Origin: a virus
Lineage: Duplodnaviria; Heunggongvirae; Uroviricota; Caudoviricetes
Direction: 5' to 3' (one strand)
IMG/VR virus record: IMGVR_UViG_2690316099_000018
Length of the DNA stretch: 5,689 nt
Positions within the stretch are counted from its first letter, which is position 1; every line of letters starts with the position of its first letter. Of the stretch, positions 1-5,689 are shown one piece after another. A model generated the notes under the pieces. It had not been told where the DNA came from. It saw only the letters and a list, made by a program, of their open reading frames with translations, and did not search any database. The translations under genes were made by a program, and so were the position numbers.

Positions 1-16
1 GTGGGGAGTGTTTAAG

Positions 17-544
17 ATGATGCACCTGAAAAATATTAAGGCCGGGAATCCGAAAACACCGGAACAATACCAGCTAACTAAAAAAGCGGGCGTGGTATGG
101 CTCTTTTGCGAAGATGGCAAAAACTGGTATGAGGAACAAAAGAATTTTCAGCCAGACACCATAAAAATTGCTTACGATGAGAACAACATCATCGTTGCTG
201 TCAGTAAAGACGTTTCAACTATTAATCCTGAAGGGCTAAGCATAGTTGAAGTTCCTGATATTACGGCAAATCGTCACGCAGACAATAACGGAAAATGGAT
301 GTTTCTGGATGGTAAAGTAGTAAAGAGGGAATATACAGAACAGGAACTGCAACAACAGGCCGAATCACAAAAGGCCGCATTGCTTTCCGAAGCTGAATCA
401 GTCATCCAGCCGCTGGAACGCGCTGTCAGGCTGAATATGGCGACGGACGAGGAACGCACACGACTGGAAGCATGGGAACGCTACAGTGTTCTGGTCAGCC
501 GTGTGGATACGGCAAATCCTGAATGGCCACAAAAGCCTGAATAA
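17..544 (+). CDS. tfa: Tail fibre assembly protein (Tfa chaperone family, P2 gpG / Mu U / TfaR-like), lying in inverted orientation relative to stf
   Basis: Intact ORF (track 8-544). The C-terminal region ([43 protein letters not shown]) matches the conserved C-terminus of Tfa proteins as I recall it from lambda Tfa ([36 protein letters not shown]...EWP). Start preferred at ATG 17 (MMHLKNI...) because GGGGAG at 3-8 sits about 8-9 nt upstream; the GTG at 8 is the track start. Stop TAA 542-544. Confidence 0.85.
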   Translation: MMHLKNIKAGNPKTPEQYQLTKKAGVVWLFCEDGKNWYEEQKNFQPDTIKIAYDENNIIVAVSKDVSTINPEGLSIVEVPDITANRHADNNGKWMFLDGKVVKREYTEQELQQQAESQKAALLSEAESVIQPLERAVRLNMATDEERTRLEAWERYSVLVSRVDTANPEWPQKPE

Positions 545-2255
545 AAATTAAGGCCCGATANNNNNNNNNNNNNNNNNNNNNNNNNNNNNNNNNNNNNNNN
601 NNNNNNNNNNNNNNNNNNNNNNNNNNNNNNNNNNNNNNNNNNNNNNNNNNNNNNNNNNNNNNNNNNNNNNNNNNNNNNNNNNNNNNNNNNNNNNNNNNNN
701 NNNNNNNNNNNNNNNNNNNNNNNNNNNNNNNNNNNNNNNNNNNNNNNNNNNNNNNNNNNNNNNNNNNNNNNNNNNNNNNNNNNNNNNNNNNNNNNNNNNN
801 NNNNNNNNNNNNNNNNNNNNNNNNNNNNNNNNNNNNNNNNNNNNNNNNNNNNNNNNNNNNNNNNNNNNNNNNNNNNNNNNNNNNNNNNNNNNNNNNNNNN
901 NNNNNNNNNNNNNNNNNNNNNNNNNNNNNNNNNNNNNNNNNNNNNNNNNNNNNNNNNNNNNNNNNNNNNNNNNNNNNNNNNNNNNNNNNNNNNNNNNNNN
1001 NNNNNNNNNNNNNNNNNNNNNNNNNNNNNNNNNNNNNNNNNNNNNNNNNNNNNNNNNNNNNNNNNNNNNNNNNNNNNNNNNNNNNNNNNNNNNNNNNNNN
1101 NNNNNNNNNNNNNNNNNNNNNNNNNNNNNNNNNNNNNNNNNNNNNNNNNNNNNNNNNNNNNNNNNNNNNNNNNNNNNNNNNNNNNNNNNNNNNNNNNNNN
1201 NNNNNNNNNNNNNNNNNNNNNNNNNNNNNNNNNNNNNNNNNNNNNNNNNNNNNNNNNNNNNNNNNNNNNNNNNNNNNNNNNNNNNNNNNNNNNNNNNNNN
1301 NNNNNNNNNNNNNNNNNNNNNNNNNNNNNNNNNNNNNNNNNNNNNNNNNNNNNNNNNNNNNNNNNNNNNNNNNNNNNNNNNNNNNNNNNNNNNNNNNNNN
1401 NNNNNNNNNNNNNNNNNNNNNNNNNNNNNNNNNNNNNNNNNNNNNNNNNNNNNNNNNNNNNNNNNNNNNNNNNNNNNNNNNNNNNNNNNNNNNNNNNNNN
1501 NNNNNNNNNNNNNNNNNNNNNNNNNNNNNNNNNNNNNNNNNNNNNNNNNNNNNNNNNNNNNNNNNNNNNNNNNNNNNNNNNNNNNNNNNNNNNNNNNNNN
1601 NNNNNNNNNNNNNNNNNNNNNNNNNNNNNNNNNNNNNNNNNNNNNNNNNNNNNNNNNNNNNNNNNNNNNNNNNNNNNNNNNNNNNNNNNNNNNNNNNNNN
1701 NNNNNNNNNNNNNNNNNNNNNNNNNNNNNNNNNNNNNNNNNNNNNNNNNNNNNNNNNNNNNNNNNNNNNNNNNNNNNNNNNNNNNNNNNNNNNNNNNNNN
1801 NNNNNNNNNNNNNNNNNNNNNNNNNNNNNNNNNNNNNNNNNNNNNNNNNNNNNNNNNNNNNNNNNNNNNNNNNNNNNNNNNNNNNNNNNNNNNNNNNNNN
1901 NNNNNNNNNNNNNNNNNNNNNNNNNNNNNNNNNNNNNNNNNNNNNNNNNNNNNNNNNNNNNNNNNNNNNNNNNNNNNNNNNNNNNNNNNNNNNNNNNNNN
2001 NNNNNNNNNNNNNNNNNNNNNNNNNNNNNNNNNNNNNNNNNNNNNNNNNNNNNNNNNNNNNNNNNNNNNNNNNNNNNNNNNNNNNNNNNNNNNNNNNNNN
2101 NNNNNNNNNNNNNNNNNNNNNNNNNNNNNNNNNNNNNNNNNNNNNNNNNNNNNNNNNNNNNNNNNNNNNNNNNNNNNNNNNNNNNNNNNNNNNNNNNNNN
2201 NNNNNNNNNNNNNNNNNNNNNNNNNNNNNNNNNNNNNNNNNNNNNNNNNNNNNNN

Positions 2256-4390
2256 AATGAAATGAAGAAAATCTTCTGAACGACGGAAAATTAGACCGAA
2301 GGTATCATTGAAAATTCGCAGCGCATTCACCGTGCCAATTTTCAGTTCTCCGGTCATTTTATCGCCGGAACGCTGAACGGCGTTACCAGCCTTGTTTACC
2401 GTTTCCTGTAAACCGAGGTATTCGATAACGGCGGCAACGGTCGATTTCGCAAGAATATCCCGCCCGACTTTTGTCAGGGTTGCCAGGCTGGCGACATCAT
2501 TCCCCGTAAAATACGGAAACTTGCCTGCCGCAGTAGTAAGTCCGGCCAGCGCCGTCAGGGTGGCATCTTTCGGTTGCTTACCCGCAAGCGCGTTAGTCAT
2601 GGTGGTCGCAAAATTCGGGTCGTTGCCCAGCGCCGCAGCCAGCTCGTTCAGCGTGTTCAGTGCATCAGGTGACGAATCTACAAGGGCGGCAATCGCAGCC
2701 ATAACGAAAGCCGTGCTTGCGATTTGGGTATTATTCGTTCCCTGTCGCGCAGTTGGTGTTGTTGGCGTTCCGGTCAGTGCAGGACTATTTAAGGGCGCTT
2801 TCTTGTTCGTTTCACCCATTACCGCCTTAACCGCTTTTGGCGTTGCCGCCAGTGACTCGGAAGTGCTGTTGGTCGCACTGCTGAGCTGTACTATCCCCTT
2901 TTTCGTCGTGCTCGCATCCTCAAGCGCCACGGCGGATGCAATATCCTCTGCCCGTTTTGCTGCTGTCTCGGCGCGCGTTGCCGCGGATTCAGCAGCAACT
3001 TTGCTCTGAGATGCAGCCGTCGCACTGCCTGCCGCCTCTGATGCTTTCGTTGTTGCTGTCGTGGCACTACCTTTCGCTGCTGACGCTTGTCTGGTCGCCT
3101 CATCTTTTGAAGCAGACGCAGATGATGCCGATGACGCCGCNNNNNNNNNNNNNNNNNNNNNNNNNNNNNNNNNNNNNNNNNNNNNNNNNNNNNNNNNNNN
3201 NNNNNNNNNNNNNNNNNNNNNNNNNNNNNNNNNNNNNNNNNNNNNNNNNNNNNNNNNNNNNNNNNNNNNNNNNNNNNNNNNNNNNNNNNNNNNNNNNNNN
3301 NNNNNNNNNNNNNNNNNNNNNNNNNNNNNNNNNNNNNNNNNNNNNNNNNNNNNNNNNNNNNNNNNNNNNNNNNNNNNNNNNNNNNNNNNNNNNNNNNNNN
3401 NNNNNNNNNNNNNNNNNNNNNNNNNNNNNNNNNNNNNNNNNNNNNNNNNNNNNNNNNNNNNNNNNNNNNNNNNNNNNNNNNNNNNNNNNNNNNNNNNNNN
3501 NNNNNNNNNNNNNNNNNNNNNNNNNNNNNNNNNNNNNNNNNNNNNNNNNNNNNNNNNNNNNNNNNNNNNNNNNNNNNNNNNNNNNNNNNNNGCCGAGGAA
3601 GCTGCACTACTGGCACTTGATGATGCATTCGTTTCTGAAGATTTCGCTGCCTCTTTTGAGGCCGCCGCACCCCGTGCCGAGGTNNNNNNNNNNNNNNNNN
3701 NNNNNNNNNNNNNNNNNNNNNNNNNNNNNNNNNNNNNNNNNNNNNNNNNNNNNNNNNNNNNNNNNNNNNNNNNGATGCTGCGGCATTCGTTTCTGACGTT
3801 TTCGCGGCACTGGCGCTGGTAGCTGCCGCGCTTTTTGATGACTCTGCAGCAGCACTTTTTGCTGCTTCACGGGCCTTTGTCGATGCCGTTCCTGCGCTGG
3901 AAGACGCTGACTGAGCCGACGTCGCGGCCTGTCCGGCTGACGTGCTGGCGGCACGTGCTGAGGCTGCAGCATCGGTTGCATGAGTTGCCGCCTCGCTGGC
4001 TGATTTTTTCGCGGCTGCCGTATTCTGTGCAACCGCGGAGGCGTTACGTGACACCTCTTCCACCATCTGCTCAAAGCGGCGCAGTGCCTCCGGTCGGACA
4101 TCATCCTCCGTCATGGCACCGAGAAAATCATTCAGCGTACCTGGTCTGGAACCTTCATAGACGGTAATGGTCCCGGCATGTGAAGGCGGAAAACCTTCAA
4201 CCAGCAGGGTGACGCTGTACTGACCATGCTCAACATCCATGCTGTAACGTCCGGCTTCATCCGGATTTTCAGAGGCCACCGTGTTCACCACCATCGTGCT
4301 GCTGGTTCGTCTGGCCTTCAGCACAATGGTGCAGTTCTGTACTGGTTTTCCTGTGCCATCTTTAAGCACGCCAGAAATTTTTACTGTCAT
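2256..4390 (-). CDS. stf: Side tail fibre protein Stf (lambda Stf-like); 3' end runs into the masked block 561-2255, and there is an apparent frame discontinuity across masked 3684-3773
   Basis: ATG at 4390-4388. The N-terminus MTVKISGVLKDGTGKPVQNCTI...GFPPSHAGTITVYE...GTLNDFL.AMTEDD matches lambda Stf from recall. An Ala/Ser-rich shaft follows (KSAAAESSKSAAATSASAAKTSETNAAAS). Hand translation of 3683-3592 gives TSARGAAASKEAAKSSETNASSSASSAASS, and 3140-2256 gives ...AGSATAASQSKVAAESAATRAETAAKRAEDIASAVALEDASTTKKGIVQLSSATNSTSESLAATPKAVK...NTLNELAAALGNDP...GRDILAKSTVAAVIEYLGLQETVNKAGNAVQRSGDKMTGEL..., collinear with lambda Stf up to EYLG. The track's 'M' at 2930 is an internal GTG (Val); the frame is open upstream to 3140. 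Confidence 0.9.
2403..2428. other. Candidate crossover site for a Din-family serine invertase (gix/pix/cix/hix-like 26-bp site) embedded in stf at the constant/variable junction
   Basis: Plus-strand sequence TTCCTGTAAACCGAGGTATTCGATAA. It fits the pattern I recall for Gin/Hin/Cin/Pin crossover sites (TTCnTGnAAACCnAGGTnTTnGATAA; gix recalled as TTCCTGTAAACCGAGGTTTTGGATAA, about 24/26 identical). It has imperfect dyad symmetry about a central GA. It encodes ...IEYLGLQE..., exactly where similarity to lambda Stf stops. Confidence 0.6.
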
Positions 4391-4404
4391 ACTTTTCCAC
4401 CAAT

Positions 4405-4437
4405 AAAAAAAGCCCGCAGCAGTGACGCCACGGGCTT
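4405..4437 (-). terminator. Rho-independent terminator between the truncated stf paralogue and full-length stf
   Basis: Minus-strand RNA 5'-AAGCCCGUGGC GUCACU GCUGCGGGCUU followed by a U-run (UUUUUAUUGG): an 11-bp stem including two G-U pairs, a 6-nt loop, and a T-tract (plus-strand A-run 4405-4411). The stf start codon follows about 15 nt downstream. Confidence 0.6.
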
Positions 4438-5174
4438 CAGGACAGTGTAACTTTACGTTTCCTCAAACGCAGNNNNNNNNNNNNNNNNNNNNNNNNNNNN
4501 NNNGTGGATGCAGAAGTGGCTGCTGATTTTTGTGACGCTGCAGCATTCGTTTCTGACGTTTTCGCCGCACCGGCACTGGTGGCCGCCGCGCTTTTTGAGG
4601 ACTCTGCAGCGGCAGCACTTTTTTCCGCTTCAGTGGCCTTTGTTGATGCCGTTCCTGCGCTGGAAGACGCTGACTGAGCCGACGTCGCGGCCTGTCCGGC
4701 TGACGTGCTGGCTGCACGCGCTGAGCCTGCAGCATCAGTCGCATGGGTTGCCGCCTCACGGGCAGATGTGCCGGCATCACTGGCTGACTTCTTCGCGGCT
4801 GCCGTGTTCTGTGCCACCGCGGACGCGTTACGCGCCACCTCTTCCACCATCAGTTCAAAACGGCGCAGAGCCTCCGGACGGGCATCATCCTCCGTCATGG
4901 CACCGAGAAAATCATTCAGCGTACCGGGTCGGGAATCTTCATACACGGTGATGGTCCCGGCATGTGACGGCGGGAATCCTTCCACCAACAGAATAACGCT
5001 GTACTGACCGTACTCAACGTCCATGCTGTAACGCCCGGCTTCATCCGGATTTTCTGAGGCCAGCGTGTTCACCACCACCGTGGTGCTGTTACGTTTTGCT
5101 TTCAGCTGGATTGTGCAGTTCTGTACCGGTTTTCCTGTGCCGTCTTTCAGTACACCTGAAATCTTTACTGCCAT
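4437..5174 (-). CDS. Truncated paralogue of the side tail fibre N-terminal domain (about 240 codons; possible pseudogene or remnant of a second stf module)
   Basis: ATG at 5174-5172 (the track's GTG at 5180 gives MNMAVKISG...). The protein MAVKISGVLKDGTGKPVQNCTIQLKAKRNSTTVVVNT...AAKTSETNAAASQKSAATSAS is about 90% identical by eye to the first ~205 residues of the stf at 4390, with a 7-residue insertion (DAGTSAR) and one extra Ala. After masked 4473-4503, all three frames hit a stop by 4437; the track frame ends ...LRLRKRKVTLS*. Confidence 0.7.
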   Translation of the reverse strand: MAVKISGVLKDGTGKPVQNCTIQLKAKRNSTTVVVNTLASENPDEAGRYSMDVEYGQYSVILLVEGFPPSHAGTITVYEDSRPGTLNDFLGAMTEDDARPEALRRFELMVEEVARNASAVAQNTAAAKKSASDAGTSAREAATHATDAAGSARAASTSAGQAATSAQSASSSAGTASTKATEAEKSAAAAESSKSAAATSAGAAKTSETNAAASQKSAATSASXXXXXXXXXXXLRLRKRKVTLS

Positions 5175-5184
5175 ATTCACCCCA

Positions 5185-5212
5185 CAAAAAAGCCCGCCTG
5201 AACCGGCGGGCT
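5185..5212 (-). terminator. Rho-independent terminator downstream of lom
   Basis: Minus-strand RNA 5'-AGCCCGCC GGUUCA GGCGGGCU followed by UUUUUGUGGGG: a GC-rich 8-bp stem, 6-nt loop and U-tract, immediately after the lom stop (5239-5241) and before the stf-paralogue start region (GGGGTGAATATG). Confidence 0.65.
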
Positions 5213-5238
5213 GTCATAACACTGTGTTACCTGGCTAA

Positions 5239-5689
5239 TCAGAACTTATAACCGACACCCACGATGAAATCGTCAGTGCGCCAGTCGCCACTGCCGGAGC
5301 CTTCATAAGCAATATCAATGGCCACGGATTCGGTCGGGTTAAACTGCACGCCAGCTCCCCACGCCAGAGACGTGTTGCTGTGGCGACCGTCATCACTTCC
5401 GGTCAGCACGTCGTGCGTTTTCCCCTTGTTGTCAGTTACGCGGAGATAATCCCCGGAAAAAGTCGACACACGGCTGTAAGCCACACCCACCATCGCATAC
5501 GCGCTGAACCATTCATTCACGCGTACAGACGGCCCCGCCATCACGCTGAACCAGCGGTTACGCACGGAATCTTCATGCCAGCGGGTATCGCTGTAGTGCG
5601 TTTTTTGCTCATCCTCAGCATTGGCATAACTGAAGGACGTAATCAGCCCCAGCGCGTCCGTAAACTCATAACGGTATTTCACGTTAATC
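5239..5689 (-). CDS. lom: Lom outer-membrane protein (Ail/Lom/OmpX beta-barrel family), 3' portion only; the 5' end lies beyond the window
   Basis: The C-terminus ...SVAIDIAYEGSGSGDWRTDDFIVGVGYKF* matches lambda Lom (...DIAYEGSGSGDWRTDGFIVGVGYKF) from recall, and the N-proximal part ..NVKYRYEFTD.. matches lambda ..INVKYRYELTD... The frame stays open to the window edge. The track's 'M' at 5682 is an internal GTG (Val). Confidence 0.9.
   Translation of the reverse strand, partial: INVKYRYEFTDALGLITSFSYANAEDEQKTHYSDTRWHEDSVRNRWFSVMAGPSVRVNEWFSAYAMVGVAYSRVSTFSGDYLRVTDNKGKTHDVLTGSDDGRHSNTSLAWGAGVQFNPTESVAIDIAYEGSGSGDWRTDDFIVGVGYKF

Noticed and set aside
274-459. 61-aa minus-strand ORF inside tfa
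   Set aside because: Entirely antisense to the well-supported tfa CDS, short, with no ribosome-binding site and no recognisable family; a shadow ORF.
495-560. 3' end of the 811-aa minus-strand track ORF (495-2930), running antisense through tfa
   Set aside because: Artefact of translating through 1695 masked bases. The real stf stop must lie inside 561-2255; the 66 visible nt are the antisense strand of the tfa C-terminus and are in an arbitrary phase.
2928-2930. GTG at 2930 as a start codon for a separate C-terminal stf gene (MALEDAST...)
   Set aside because: The frame is open and homologous to lambda Stf continuously upstream to 3140 (..RAEDIASAVALEDAS..); this GTG encodes an internal Val. 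The track reports it only because it is the first start-like codon after the N-run.
2392-3822. Plus-strand ORFs 2392-3009, 2936-3796 and 3061-3822
   Set aside because: Antisense shadows of stf, kept open by GC-rich Ala/Ser codons and by N-runs translated as X. Their products are low-complexity (Leu/Pro/Ser/Ala-rich) and match no known family.
3607-4450. Minus-strand ORF 3607-4104 and plus-strand ORFs 3835-4167 and 4226-4450
   Set aside because: Alternative-frame or antisense readings of the stf 5' region. The Arg/Gln/Pro-rich products are typical of out-of-frame translation of Ala/Ser-coding DNA; the true frame is fixed by lambda Stf homology.
4463-5007. Minus-strand ORF 4463-4780 and plus-strand ORFs 4508-4951 and 4705-5007
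   Set aside because: The same shadow-ORF artefacts over the upstream stf paralogue.
1-5689. Diversity-generating retroelement or CRISPR involvement at the tail-fibre variable region
   Set aside because: No reverse-transcriptase ORF, no template/variable repeat pair and no direct-repeat array are visible in the unmasked sequence; the invertase-site explanation fits what is seen.

Overview
This window is the distal tail-fibre end of a lambdoid (lambda-like) prophage late region, probably in an Escherichia/Shigella-type host, with about 40% of it masked as N (561-2255, 3141-3591, 3684-3773, 4473-4503). On the minus strand, from high to low coordinates, it carries the 3' part of lom, a truncated N-terminal paralogue of the side tail fibre gene, and then a full-length side tail fibre gene (stf) that runs into the large masked block. 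Each stf copy is preceded by its own intrinsic terminator and ribosome-binding site. At 2403-2428, exactly where lambda Stf homology ends, stf contains a 26-bp sequence that closely resembles the crossover sites of the Gin/Pin/Cin/Hin (Din) DNA invertases. A tail-fibre assembly gene (tfa) lies at 17-544 on the plus strand, convergent with stf, and a plus-strand ORF ends at 13-15 just upstream of it. Together these suggest a Mu G / P1 C / e14 P-type invertible host-range cassette, with the second fibre-tip gene and the invertase expected outside the window. Two further oddities are the tandem stf 5' duplication and a reading-frame discontinuity in stf across the 90-nt masked block. Protein identifications rest on recalled similarity to lambda Stf, Lom and Tfa, not on a database search.
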